IMG/VR virus record: IMGVR_UViG_3300030207_004563
Location: 1 to 27,243 of that record
Length of the DNA: 27,243 nucleotides
Source: a virus
Taxonomy: Duplodnaviria; Caudoviricetes
Reading direction: 5' to 3' (one strand)
Part shown: positions 8,517 to 17,499 of the stretch, piece after piece
Layout of the letters: every line of letters starts with the position of its first letter
Position numbering within the stretch: the first letter of the stretch is position 1
Made by a program: the position numbers and the translations under genes
Notes under the pieces: model-generated
What the model saw: the letters and a program-made list of their open reading frames with translations, nothing else
Told to the model about the DNA's origin: nothing
The model's database searches: none

Positions 8517-9284
8517 ATGACTGAACAGAGTAAACCCTTCCGTATCCAGACTCCATCTGGATATCGGAAGTATCTCTGTAGCGGACTTTATTTACCTTCA
8601 GTGACAACAGTGTTGTCCGCAACTGAAAGTGCTAAGTCCAAAGCAGGGCTCAAGACCTGGCAAGCTAATAACCCAGGTGCTCTTGAAGAGGCAAGCAAGC
8701 GAGGTTCTGCTATACACCTTGGATGTGAAAATTATTTACGTGGCTTAGATCCTGATGTACCCGAAGAATATCAAGACTTTTGGAATGGAATTACCCAATA
8801 CCTTGATTGGTTTGATATACTTCATTGGTCAGAACGACCACTGCGTCCTGACTGGAACCATTTACGTTCTGATGATAGGGAGGTAGCATTCGTTTGGAGT
8901 ACTGAGCACAGATATGCAGGATGTCCTGACTTGATTGGTGAAATTGGTGGTGTACGAATCATTGCTGATTTCAAAACTAGTAACGCCCCGTATATGAATA
9001 CTTTTCCTGAACGTGGCGATCGTGTTGGATTTGGAGGCTTTAGAAAATATCAAAAGTGTGCGCAACAAATGGCTGCTTATCGCTTGGCGCTTGAAGAGCG
9101 TACAGGTTTTAAGTGTGACGTGGCGCTGATCATTGTTACTACGCCTGAAACAACACAAGGAATCTTCATTGATTCCGATCAAATGGATTTATACGAAAGC
9201 CGTTTCTTAAAACGTGCTAAGCAATTTCATGATATGGAGGATAATGAAACTACGAATAGCAGTAAACAAGAACTGTCTCAATAA
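8517..9284 (+). CDS. PD-(D/E)XK exonuclease (RecB/Cas4-like phage type)
   Basis: PSVTTVL, RGSAIH, YAGCPDLI, ADFKTS, QMAAY. Confidence 0.88.
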   Translation: MTEQSKPFRIQTPSGYRKYLCSGLYLPSVTTVLSATESAKSKAGLKTWQANNPGALEEASKRGSAIHLGCENYLRGLDPDVPEEYQDFWNGITQYLDWFDILHWSERPLRPDWNHLRSDDREVAFVWSTEHRYAGCPDLIGEIGGVRIIADFKTSNAPYMNTFPERGDRVGFGGFRKYQKCAQQMAAYRLALEERTGFKCDVALIIVTTPETTQGIFIDSDQMDLYESRFLKRAKQFHDMEDNETTNSSKQELSQ

Positions 9285-11481
9285 AGCTAACCCTAGAGAT
9301 ACCGCTAGTGGCTGGCTCAATATCAACGAAGATCTAGCCTGGCTACAGGGATGGGTCTCTGCTGGTTACGGCTGGTGCTGTACTCACTTCGTTGATCGCT
9401 ATCGCAGATCTGATAATGCTCGCGGTAGTAACTTAATTGCTATTGATATTGACGGCGATACTACTCTTGCTCGTTTCTGGAGCACAGATACAGCTCGTCA
9501 ATGGTGTGCAGGGACTTATACCAGCTCTAGTCACAGCGAACAGGAGCATCGCTTTCGAGCTTTGTTTCCTTTAGAAATTCAACTCGACTCCACTCAGCAG
9601 CATCGTGGTGCTTACTGGTTGATTGTTGATCGCTTGCTGGCTGATCTTGGTCTTCAGAAGCTGGCTGACAACAGTGGTCAAAAACCTGAACGTCTTTGGT
9701 TCGGTAACACTAATGCTCATTGGGAGATTAATAAGGAGGCTGAGCCTGTCCCGGCATGGCTTCTCAAGGATATTGATTTCGATGACAGCATTGAATTCAT
9801 CTCCTCTGATGTCACTGACTTAGACGTCAAACGATGCCAGTGGCTCCTACGTCACTTCCTCCGTCCTTCTGAAGACGGTGAGTACGACAGTTACTTTACG
9901 CCCGTTATGGCGTCTTGTGCAGGCATTGGAGAGGTCATTTTTGATGACTGGGTTGAATGGGTGCTTCGTGGGCACCATGGTGAAAAGCAAGAAAATACTC
10001 GTCCTTTTAAATGGCGAGGTCTCGGTAACTATTCCGGTCACACTACACTGTATTCACTAGCTAAGAAGCAAGATCCTAATTGGACTTCTGCTTTACCTAG
10101 TGACTTACGATTTGGTGCGGCTGGCAGTGCCGTTGGTTATAGCGAGTTTGACGCTTTACCAAATTTTGATTCCGTTTTAGATAAGGTTCCGCTTATGAAT
10201 GCAGATAATGTCATTGAACTACCTGAGCCTCTACCTGATGCTCAAGACGCTCCGAAACGGGGGCGTGGCCGTCCAAAAAAGTCATCAGATACTCTCGCCA
10301 AGGAACGAGAGAACGATGTCGATCAGGTCCGAAAGATTCTTTCCGGCTTGCGTCGCAATCGGTTAACACACTCAATTGAATACACGGACGCAGATGGCAA
10401 AGTTGTTGAGCTTCAAGGTAATGACCTTGATTTGATGACAACCAAGCTTAGCTGTGAGCATGGTGTATTCATTCCTGAAATGAGAGTTAAAGCAGCTGTT
10501 CAATATGCAGCTAACAAAAACTCTTATTGTCCTATCCGAGAGTATCTGGATCAATGTGCTGAACAAGCAATTCCTCATAAAGATTGGGATAATATTGGCA
10601 CCATTTTTCTAGGCAATTCACATAATCTCGCCACACTCGCAATGCAGCGGATGATGATTGGCGCTGTAGCTAGAGCCTATAACCCTGGTTGTGAAATGTC
10701 TTGGCTGCCAATTCTTGTAGGTGCTCAGGGTGTAGGCAAATCTATGTTTAGTCGGTGCCTTGTTCCAGAGAAATTATTCTCTGAAATTTCTACGCCTCTT
10801 GAGACGTTGATGAAAGAACAATATCGACTTCACATAGCATGGCTTCTTGAGTTGCCTGAAATTGATAGTTATTTCAATACACGGAACATTGAGAACTTCA
10901 AAAATCTAATCACAACTAGATGTGATGAAGTTCGTCGTCCTTACGCATCTCTTCCTGAAAGGCTGCTACGTAGGTTTGTCATGATTGGTACAACCAATCG
11001 CAACCAGTTTCTGGTTGACAGTACAGGCAATCGACGTTTTGTTCCACTTGAAATTGGAGCTGGTTTCTTAATCCCATGGAAGCAATTAGCAGCTGAACGT
11101 GATATGCTTTGGGCAGCAGCAGTGAATGCCTACCGCAGTGGTATGGCACATGAATTCACTGCTGGTGAGATTGCACAGATTTCTGAATACATCCAAGAGT
11201 TTGGTGATCCTGATCCTTGGATGGAAAAGATATCTTCCTTCGTTAATCTCAAGGAAGAGGTCACTGCTGCTGAAGTTTTAACTCAAGCATTAGACCTTGA
11301 TCCCAGACAACAAGGCAGACGAGAGTCTCGTCGTGTTGCTGATGTACTTCAAACTCTTCGTTGGAGACGTGTCAATACATCTCGTACTGATCCGGTAACT
11401 AAGAAGAAACGTTCTGTTCGTCTTTGGGTTCGTCCTAAAGATGATCCGCTTAATGAAGACCATATTCTCAATGATTTCTAA
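9244..11481 (+). CDS. AEP-type primase fused to VapE/VirE-like helicase
   Basis: N-terminal DIDGD and YTSSSH...RFRALF primase motifs; C-terminal Walker A GAQGVGKS, LLELPE, GTTN, DSTGNRRF; start placed at ATG 9244. Confidence 0.88.
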   Translation: MKLRIAVNKNCLNKANPRDTASGWLNINEDLAWLQGWVSAGYGWCCTHFVDRYRRSDNARGSNLIAIDIDGDTTLARFWSTDTARQWCAGTYTSSSHSEQEHRFRALFPLEIQLDSTQQHRGAYWLIVDRLLADLGLQKLADNSGQKPERLWFGNTNAHWEINKEAEPVPAWLLKDIDFDDSIEFISSDVTDLDVKRCQWLLRHFLRPSEDGEYDSYFTPVMASCAGIGEVIFDDWVEWVLRGHHGEKQENTRPFKWRGLGNYSGHTTLYSLAKKQDPNWTSALPSDLRFGAAGSAVGYSEFDALPNFDSVLDKVPLMNADNVIELPEPLPDAQDAPKRGRGRPKKSSDTLAKERENDVDQVRKILSGLRRNRLTHSIEYTDADGKVVELQGNDLDLMTTKLSCEHGVFIPEMRVKAAVQYAANKNSYCPIREYLDQCAEQAIPHKDWDNIGTIFLGNSHNLATLAMQRMMIGAVARAYNPGCEMSWLPILVGAQGVGKSMFSRCLVPEKLFSEISTPLETLMKEQYRLHIAWLLELPEIDSYFNTRNIENFKNLITTRCDEVRRPYASLPERLLRRFVMIGTTNRNQFLVDSTGNRRFVPLEIGAGFLIPWKQLAAERDMLWAAAVNAYRSGMAHEFTAGEIAQISEYIQEFGDPDPWMEKISSFVNLKEEVTAAEVLTQALDLDPRQQGRRESRRVADVLQTLRWRRVNTSRTDPVTKKKRSVRLWVRPKDDPLNEDHILNDF

Positions 11482-11486
11482 TAATT

Positions 11487-11732
11487 ATGAATTCCAAATT
11501 GAATGATAAAACCCTTCTGGGTACACGTGTGCGTGTGAAACAAAATGGTTTGATTGCTGTAATCGTAGGAACACCTGAGTATTACACACCTAAGGCAAAA
11601 CTTATTCGTATTAAGTACGAAAATAGTACTCGATACGAATACAATATTGATACCATGCTGGAGCCGCTTCCAATTAAAGAGCAGTGGGTTTCATTAGGTG
11701 GTGAGTTTGTTAGACCCGAAAATTATTTTTGA
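11487..11732 (+). CDS. Hypothetical protein, possible SH3/KOW-like barrel
   Basis: LGTRVRVKQNGLIAVIVG pattern; ORF track. Confidence 0.65.
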   Translation: MNSKLNDKTLLGTRVRVKQNGLIAVIVGTPEYYTPKAKLIRIKYENSTRYEYNIDTMLEPLPIKEQWVSLGGEFVRPENYF

Positions 11733-12553
11733 TCATGGCTGAAGCACAACCTAGTAAGAAAAGAGGTGGTCATGCCTATGGTCGCCGCAACCTACAGATC
11801 TCTAACACCGCTGAAGAAGGTACTTTATGCCTTTTCAGTGGGCACTCTTTAGGTCGTTTTTCATCCCATTCCATGCGCTATGACAGTCATCAAGCATGTG
11901 TCAGATGCGTCGCATCAGCACGTGAGGGACGGCTTTCTTTAGATATCAATCGACTAATGGCTAAATGGAGGCCTAAAGCTCTCAAGTTCTGGTCGCAGGT
12001 CGATATCGGTGATCCATCGGAATGCTGGAATTGGAATGGCTGCATTAATCCCAGAACAAAACAACCACAATTTGCATGGCGTAGACATGGAATATCGACT
12101 TCTACTCAACATCATCCTCAGCGCGTTGCTATGTGGCTTACTTGGGGTGATCTTGGATATACCGGTGTTAAAACTACTTGTGGCAATAAATATTGCTGCA
12201 ATCCTTTTCATCTTATTCCGCAAAATATTGGAGTCTTTGTAGACCAAGAATCTTACATTGAATCTTTTGATTTGGCTTGCGAGTTGCATACTCTTAAACA
12301 GCAAGTTCAAGAGTTTGTAATTGAGGAAGCGATGAAAGAGCAGGCAAAAATCCAAGATAAAGCTGAAGCTGATTTACGTGCTCAACTTCTTCTTAATCCG
12401 GATGTTGGATTTGCTGAACGATACGAAGCAGTTATGACTGACATGTTGGCTGGGCGTCATATCAATCAAATTCACCCAGATGACCCGTCTCTTTTTAAAG
12501 ATCTAATTGATAATCAAGAATTAGACGATGAAAATCCCACAAATGAGTTTTAA
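11729..12553 (+). CDS. HNH-like (His-Cys box type) protein with degenerate active site
   Basis: ECWNWNG...QRVAM...VKTTCGNKYCCNPFHL aligns to CWxWxG...HRxA...VxHxCxNxxCxNPxHL with both His replaced; N-terminal C..GH...CVRC. Confidence 0.65.
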   Translation: MIMAEAQPSKKRGGHAYGRRNLQISNTAEEGTLCLFSGHSLGRFSSHSMRYDSHQACVRCVASAREGRLSLDINRLMAKWRPKALKFWSQVDIGDPSECWNWNGCINPRTKQPQFAWRRHGISTSTQHHPQRVAMWLTWGDLGYTGVKTTCGNKYCCNPFHLIPQNIGVFVDQESYIESFDLACELHTLKQQVQEFVIEEAMKEQAKIQDKAEADLRAQLLLNPDVGFAERYEAVMTDMLAGRHINQIHPDDPSLFKDLIDNQELDDENPTNEF

Positions 12554-12585
12554 ATTACTTAACCTTATTAGAGAGTCATTCTATT

Positions 12586-13005
12586 ATGTCACGTCGTACT
12601 GATTTAATTCAACAACTTGTCAGATCTGATAAGTTTGGAGATGAAAAAGACAATGAACAGAAATTTCTGGCAGCCACTGCTGAGCTTATTCTCACTGATC
12701 TAATTAATATCGCAACAAACGGTATTCAAAACAAAGGTGCTGGATCACTGATTATTAACCTCTGTAATGACTCGACAGTTTTTATGTCGGGTGCAGATGT
12801 TGAAGTCGATCTTTTATCTGCAGAAAGTGCTGAAGACGAAGATGTTGTTGATTTCTGTCGAGGATTGCTTGAAGAAATTGACGAGAATGACTGGTCTAAG
12901 AACGTACTTATTACATTGATCAGTGATGCTGGAACAAGAACTTTTGCTGTCGAAGCAGGTGGGAGCCAAGAAAGCCTCAGAGCGCTCGCAAAAGAATTTA
13001 GCTGA
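12586..13005 (+). CDS. Hypothetical acidic protein (139 aa)
   Basis: ORF track; AT-rich upstream gap. Confidence 0.75.
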   Translation: MSRRTDLIQQLVRSDKFGDEKDNEQKFLAATAELILTDLINIATNGIQNKGAGSLIINLCNDSTVFMSGADVEVDLLSAESAEDEDVVDFCRGLLEEIDENDWSKNVLITLISDAGTRTFAVEAGGSQESLRALAKEFS

Positions 13006-13594
13006 CAAGCTAAAAGCTCAAGGTTTAAAACTACCTCTTTATCCGACACCTCAAATCATCGAACGTGCTCGTACGGTTATGGGATCTATTGATTTTGATC
13101 CTACATCTGATCCCGTGCAGCAAGTTTTGGTTGATGCCACATCAGTCCCATCACTTGAAATGAATCCATTGACTGAGCACTGGCATGGCAATGTTTTTGT
13201 CGCACCCAAAGGAGCAGTAAAAAATACCCGTACTTGGCTTAATAAAACAATCAGTGAATATCGCAATCACTATATTGATAGCTTTATTTTCTTCACCAGC
13301 GCATCTGAGATTTTAAGAGCTGCTCCTGGTTTATTTGATTATCCCTTTTGCATTCCATTCAAACGTGTTAAACAGCTGCGTGCTACGGCAACTGGATTTG
13401 AACAAGTATCACCTTCAACATGGAATGTAATCGTCTATGGTCCTCCAATAGAAGCAGCAATTACATCCATTGATAAGGTTACTCTTTTCTACAATACTTT
13501 TAGAGATATTGGACGAATTTGCTTTAATGAATTTGCTGGTGATGGCTGGCAGCGAGATCTTGATTTTTATCAGGAATCTAAAGGGGATGTCTAA
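12923..13594 (+). CDS. Phage N6-adenine methyltransferase-like protein, catalytic motif lost
   Basis: TPQIIERARTVMGSIDFDP...WHGNVFVAPKG matches the phage Dam-like layout but NPPY is replaced by APKG; start uncertain (may be GTG 12959). Confidence 0.65.
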   Translation: MMLEQELLLSKQVGAKKASERSQKNLADKLKAQGLKLPLYPTPQIIERARTVMGSIDFDPTSDPVQQVLVDATSVPSLEMNPLTEHWHGNVFVAPKGAVKNTRTWLNKTISEYRNHYIDSFIFFTSASEILRAAPGLFDYPFCIPFKRVKQLRATATGFEQVSPSTWNVIVYGPPIEAAITSIDKVTLFYNTFRDIGRICFNEFAGDGWQRDLDFYQESKGDV

Positions 13595-14007
13595 TGTCAA
13601 AATATATTGTCAAAAACGCCTATTTTAATTTACCCTCAGGGTTATCTGTACACCCATGTAGGTTGATTTTTAAAGATGGCACTCTGATGTGGAAGCACGC
13701 CATGCTCAACCACAACTGCTTTACCTCTCTGCCTTTAGAGCACTCTCATGAAGCTCATATCGTTAAGACTGCACAACGTATTGAAGAACTCAATACATGG
13801 GTCTCACAAGGGCTTGAACCATGGGATTGCCTCACACCGTGTCACTGGTACGACCCGTTAGATCCAGAATTGTCTACTGGTATTTCTCTCTACTTTACGC
13901 ACAACTCTAAATCAAATAATGATGTGTATCTTGAGTTGTTCAATCAAATCAAAGATCATGAATTATTAGAAATGCGTGGATCTCTTATGTTTTTCAAACG
14001 ATGCTAA
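13594..14007 (+). CDS. Hypothetical protein (137 aa)
   Basis: ORF track; TAATG coupling to the MTase-like gene. Confidence 0.7.
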   Translation: MSKYIVKNAYFNLPSGLSVHPCRLIFKDGTLMWKHAMLNHNCFTSLPLEHSHEAHIVKTAQRIEELNTWVSQGLEPWDCLTPCHWYDPLDPELSTGISLYFTHNSKSNNDVYLELFNQIKDHELLEMRGSLMFFKRC

Positions 14008-14023
14008 GCCGGCTAACGCCGGC
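14008..14023. terminator. GC hairpin between convergent genes (possible terminator/processing site)
   Basis: GCCGGC-taac-GCCGGC directly after a stop codon; no T tract. Confidence 0.4.
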
Positions 14024-14037
14024 GATATGCAGACTGC

Positions 14038-14376
14038 TCAGTTCATCTTTTCAATCAAACGATTGAGATACCACTGCGCCTTACGTGCGTCTTCTGCAGG
14101 ATTATCTTTTAACCAAATCCGCAGCATGTATTTCAATACTTGTGCTTGGAGCATTCCTTGAATTGCATCAGGCGCATCTTTAACTGCATCTTCTATGGTA
14201 TCGATGACTTCGCGACTTCCTGAAGTGTAATGACTAGGACTATTAACTCGATCATCTTTAGCCACACCTGGAAACTCTAGTACTCGATCAAGCACATCCA
14301 ACTTGTTATTGTCTTCCCAGTTTCCATAGATGTCTAGTTCGTTTTTCAAGCTTTTATAATCCATATAGAGTCGCAT
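14038..14376 (-). CDS. DUF3310 family protein (T7 gp1.7-like nucleotide kinase domain)
   Basis: DRVNSPSHY...EVIDTIE...KYMLR...KDNPAEDARKAQWYLNRLI. Confidence 0.85.
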   Translation of the reverse strand: MRLYMDYKSLKNELDIYGNWEDNNKLDVLDRVLEFPGVAKDDRVNSPSHYTSGSREVIDTIEDAVKDAPDAIQGMLQAQVLKYMLRIWLKDNPAEDARKAQWYLNRLIEKMN

Positions 14377-14417
14377 TTTTTACTCACTACATTTATATTA
14401 GAAATAATCACGATCAA

Positions 14418-15011
14418 TTGTGGCCTATGCCGAAAATTCCATACGATCCACTCTTTATTCCTGAACGAGAAAAATATTTTATTGATGTTGCCAAACAGCT
14501 TGCTAAAGCTTCCAATCATCCCATTGCTACTGGAGGCTGCGTTATTGTTCGCGATAATGAAATCATTGGCTCTGGACGTAGCTTACTTGCTGAATGCAAG
14601 GTTGAGATTGACTGTATAACCTATGCAATTGGCGTTGCCTCTAAGCGTGGATGTCCCACAGCAGGTGCGTCTATTTATACGACTCGGTATCCATTTTCTG
14701 CCGCAATCTTCCAACTTTATTTGATGGGCATTCGCAAACTAATAGTACTTGCTCATGATTGGGAGCCATACTACAAAGATGAATTTCGTAGAGCTGCACG
14801 ACTTGCAAGGGAATTACAGATTTCTATAGAACCTTATTTTGATGATGACGACGAACGATATGAAACAAACAATCAAGCGCCCCGCTTCGATGACCGCGAA
14901 GAACAATTCGACAACAAAGACCTCTACGTCAGAGGACCGGCGGAATCAGATGATATCGATGCTTCACAATATCCAACACAATCAAATGCAGCAGACTCAA
15001 CTTCTATTTGA
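14418..15011 (+). CDS. dCMP-deaminase-fold protein lacking Zn ligands
   Basis: YFIDVA..LAKAS....GGCVIVRDNEIIGSG...GASIYTTRYP...MGIRKLIV matches the fold; HAE is DCI and PCxxC is PFSAA; start may be ATG 14427. Confidence 0.7.
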   Translation: MWPMPKIPYDPLFIPEREKYFIDVAKQLAKASNHPIATGGCVIVRDNEIIGSGRSLLAECKVEIDCITYAIGVASKRGCPTAGASIYTTRYPFSAAIFQLYLMGIRKLIVLAHDWEPYYKDEFRRAARLARELQISIEPYFDDDDERYETNNQAPRFDDREEQFDNKDLYVRGPAESDDIDASQYPTQSNAADSTSI

Positions 15012-15513
15012 CTTAGAATCTACCGGCCTACTTCGCCGTGGTTCGCGGATCCACTGCATTGTTGCTCGCAGTGAAACCGATGGCAATACATTTATCTTTG
15101 ATCATCAACCAGATCGCTCTTTAGATGCTGGTGTAGCTATGCTGGAGCAGGCTGATGTATTGATTGGTCATAACATTATTGGATATGACGTCCCTTTGCT
15201 TAAAGAACAGTTCCCTGAATTTGAGCCACAAGGTTCACTTGTAGATACGTTGGTTCTTAGCAGATTGTTCTATCCACATATTGCTGATCGAGACTATGAA
15301 CGTCGCCCAATTGGTATGCCACAGCGTCTTTATGGACGCCATAGCCTTGAAGCTTGGGGTCACCGGCTTAAATGCTTCAAAGGTGACTTTGGTAAGCATG
15401 AAGGTAATTGGGCTGAGTACACCCCTGAGATGCTTGACTATTGCATCCAAGATACTGAAGTAACGCTCAAGCTTTGGGCACTATTACAAAGGAGAATGAA
15501 TGACTATGCCTAA
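14986..15513 (+). CDS. polA: DNA polymerase A 3'-5' exonuclease domain (stand-alone gene)
   Basis: ExoI FDLESTG, ExoII GHNIIGYD, DTLVLSRL, HSLEAWGHRL, ExoIII YCIQDT; start placed at ATG 14986. Confidence 0.9.
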   Translation: MQQTQLLFDLESTGLLRRGSRIHCIVARSETDGNTFIFDHQPDRSLDAGVAMLEQADVLIGHNIIGYDVPLLKEQFPEFEPQGSLVDTLVLSRLFYPHIADRDYERRPIGMPQRLYGRHSLEAWGHRLKCFKGDFGKHEGNWAEYTPEMLDYCIQDTEVTLKLWALLQRRMNDYA

Positions 15514-15739
15514 TAAAAACGATCCCCTCACTCTTGATGAAATGACTGCAGCAGCAGACATATTCTTCCCACTTTTTCAATGTGTAGATAGTCGTATGCC
15601 GAAAGGAGCTACTACTGAAGATACTTTGAAAATTATGGAAACCGTTGCCAAACTTGGACACAAGCTGCGTGCTGATGAGCTAGACAAAGAAAAGAAAGAA
15701 CGTTTTGGGTTTAATAAAGATGAATCAGAGGATGACTGA
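15500..15739 (+). CDS. Hypothetical protein between the polymerase halves (79 aa)
   Basis: ORF track; AAGGAG upstream. Confidence 0.75.
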   Translation: MTMPNKNDPLTLDEMTAAADIFFPLFQCVDSRMPKGATTEDTLKIMETVAKLGHKLRADELDKEKKERFGFNKDESEDD

Positions 15740-15881
15740 AGACGAAGCTATATTTGAAATCAATATCCAAAACGCTTCTCAATTCTTTGACTGCGAAGTA
15801 GTTCGTAGTGTTTGCGTAGACAAGCACTTTACGTGGAAACAAATCACAATTACATATCACAAGGAGGCTAAAAATGCTTGA
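15732..15881 (+). CDS. Small hypothetical protein between the polymerase halves (49 aa)
   Basis: Read by hand: MTEDEAIFEINIQNASQFFDCEVVRSVCVDKHFTWKQITITYHKEAKNA*; overlaps both neighbours. Confidence 0.6.
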   Translation: MTEDEAIFEINIQNASQFFDCEVVRSVCVDKHFTWKQITITYHKEAKNA

Positions 15882-17175
15882 TTGCGTAGCGCTTGAATTG
15901 CGTATGGCTGAAATTATGGCACAGCAGGAAGCATCTGGTTTTCGATTTGATCTTCAGGCAGCCGATAACGTCAAAGCTGAACTGCAAGCTGAAATGGATT
16001 CGATCGTTGCTGATTTGACTTCAAAATTTTTGTACGTTCCTGGAAAGGTCTTTACACCAAAGCGATCCAATAAAAAGCAAGGTCATTTCAGCGGCTCTCC
16101 TATGACGAAACTCATTGAGTTCAATCCTACGAGCCGTCAGCATATTGCATGGGTTCTTCAGACTCATCGTGGTGCACGCTTCCTTAAGCTCACTGATACA
16201 GGTAAACCAAAGGTCGATGAAGCCACACTATCTGAGATGAGTGATCTTGCCGTACAACAAGGTAACCAGCAGCTTCATGATGACTGCGATAAATTTATCC
16301 GTTTATTGACCCTTCAAAAATGGATGGGACAACTGTCCGAGGGTGCAAACTCTTGGCTGAATACGATTGAGAATGACGGCTGCATCCATCACAGCTGCAC
16401 ACTTGCTACACAAACTGGGCGTAACGCACACCGTGGACCCAACTTGGGCCAGGTCGTAAGCGCACCTTGGGCACGTGAGTTGTTTGTTCCTCATCCTGGC
16501 ATGATCATGGTGGGAGCTGATTTGGAAGGCTTAGAGCTTCGAACTCTCGCGCACTACCTCAGTAGGTTTGATGAAGGCGCGTTTGCTGATGTTGTTGTCA
16601 ACGGCGACATTCACCAGCAGAACGCTGATCGTGTGGGCTGCAGCCGACGTGACGTCAAGACCCTAACTTACGCCTTCATCTACGGTGCTGGAGACCAGAA
16701 GTTAGGTCACAGCCTTAGTCCTGAGCTTAGCGACGCACAGAAGAAACAACTTGGAGGAGAGTTACGTCGTAAATTTCTTGATGCAATTCCAGGTTTGGAG
16801 CCATTAATCGAAGCAGTCAAACAGAAGGTGCGCAATACAGGCCGGCTTAGAGGCCTTGATGGCCGCCCTATTTTTTGCCGTGCTGAACATTCTTCGCTCA
16901 ACTATCTTCTACAAAGTGCTGGTGCCATCATTTCCAAAAAGTGGGTTGTGATTGGCCAAGATCTGCTTGATGATGCTGGTTTGACTTACAACACTGACTA
17001 CACACGCTGCGCTTATGTGCACGATGAAGTTCAATTGTCAGTTATTCCTAGCGAAGTTGATCGTGTAAAAGTTCTTCTTGAGCAGGCAGCGCCTTTGGCT
17101 GGACAGTACTATCGGCTCCGTATTCCTATTACGGCATCAGCTGATTCAGGTAGTAACTGGGCGGCTACACACTAA
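15874..17175 (+). CDS. polA: DNA polymerase A polymerase domain (T7-like)
   Basis: FNPTSRQHIA, TGR....PNLGQV, motif A DLEGLELR, motif B RRDVKTLTYAFIYG, motif C YVHDE; SD AAGGAGG at 15861-15867. Confidence 0.95.
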   Translation: MLDCVALELRMAEIMAQQEASGFRFDLQAADNVKAELQAEMDSIVADLTSKFLYVPGKVFTPKRSNKKQGHFSGSPMTKLIEFNPTSRQHIAWVLQTHRGARFLKLTDTGKPKVDEATLSEMSDLAVQQGNQQLHDDCDKFIRLLTLQKWMGQLSEGANSWLNTIENDGCIHHSCTLATQTGRNAHRGPNLGQVVSAPWARELFVPHPGMIMVGADLEGLELRTLAHYLSRFDEGAFADVVVNGDIHQQNADRVGCSRRDVKTLTYAFIYGAGDQKLGHSLSPELSDAQKKQLGGELRRKFLDAIPGLEPLIEAVKQKVRNTGRLRGLDGRPIFCRAEHSSLNYLLQSAGAIISKKWVVIGQDLLDDAGLTYNTDYTRCAYVHDEVQLSVIPSEVDRVKVLLEQAAPLAGQYYRLRIPITASADSGSNWAATH

Positions 17176-17209
17176 TTGTTCGCCGTAAACCAGTAATTTC
17201 ATTTACTAT
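17174..17209 (+). promoter_or_regulatory. Promoter copy 1 with NtcA-type box overlapping the -10
   Basis: AATTGTTCGCCGTAAACCAGTA (17174-17195); GTA-ATTTCATT-TAC at 17193-17206; TACTAT at 17204-17209; ATG at 17216 implies a near-leaderless mRNA. Confidence 0.55.
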
Positions 17210-17215
17210 AAAGTT

Positions 17216-17356
17216 ATGAAACGCTGGTTTGCCCGATACAAACAGTGCCTCTCTTTGAATAAGTGGCCAGTGCTAACTCCTGCCGAGTTAAAAGATAACG
17301 AACGACGTTTATCAATTAAAAGGCTGTATAAGAATGATGTCTTTAACAAAAAGTGA
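17216..17356 (+). CDS. Small basic hypothetical protein (46 aa)
   Basis: Read by hand: MKRWFARYKQCLSLNKWPVLTPAELKDNERRLSIKRLYKNDVFNKK*. Confidence 0.55.
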   Translation: MKRWFARYKQCLSLNKWPVLTPAELKDNERRLSIKRLYKNDVFNKK

Positions 17357-17489
17357 AGTCAAACTTTTACTTACAGCGCTAGAGAAATATGCAGAAAAAC
17401 GCATCTTCGGCTCACCTGTAGAAGAAGCAACATACAAAAAAGTGAAGGAAAAACTTACCCTTGCCTTACTTGACTTTGATTTCATCTAA
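17334..17489 (+). CDS. Small hypothetical protein (51 aa)
   Basis: Read by hand: MMSLTKSEVKLLLTALEKYAEKRIFGSPVEEATYKKVKEKLTLALLDFDFI*. Confidence 0.6.
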   Translation: MMSLTKSEVKLLLTALEKYAEKRIFGSPVEEATYKKVKEKLTLALLDFDFI

Positions 17490-17499
17490 GCAGAAAATC

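Noticed and set aside
8517-9284. Cas4 / CRISPR-associated system
   Set aside because: No four-Cys Fe-S pattern, no other cas genes, no array; ordinary phage exonuclease context.
14839-14985. N-terminal extension of the exonuclease ORF
   Set aside because: Overlaps the deaminase-like gene and precedes the ExoI motif with low-complexity sequence; ATG 14986 is the better start.
15514-15873. Intron or intein interrupting polA
   Set aside because: Gap is filled by two coupled ORFs, the downstream half has its own strong SD and ATG, and no homing endonuclease, intein motifs or obvious intron structure were seen.
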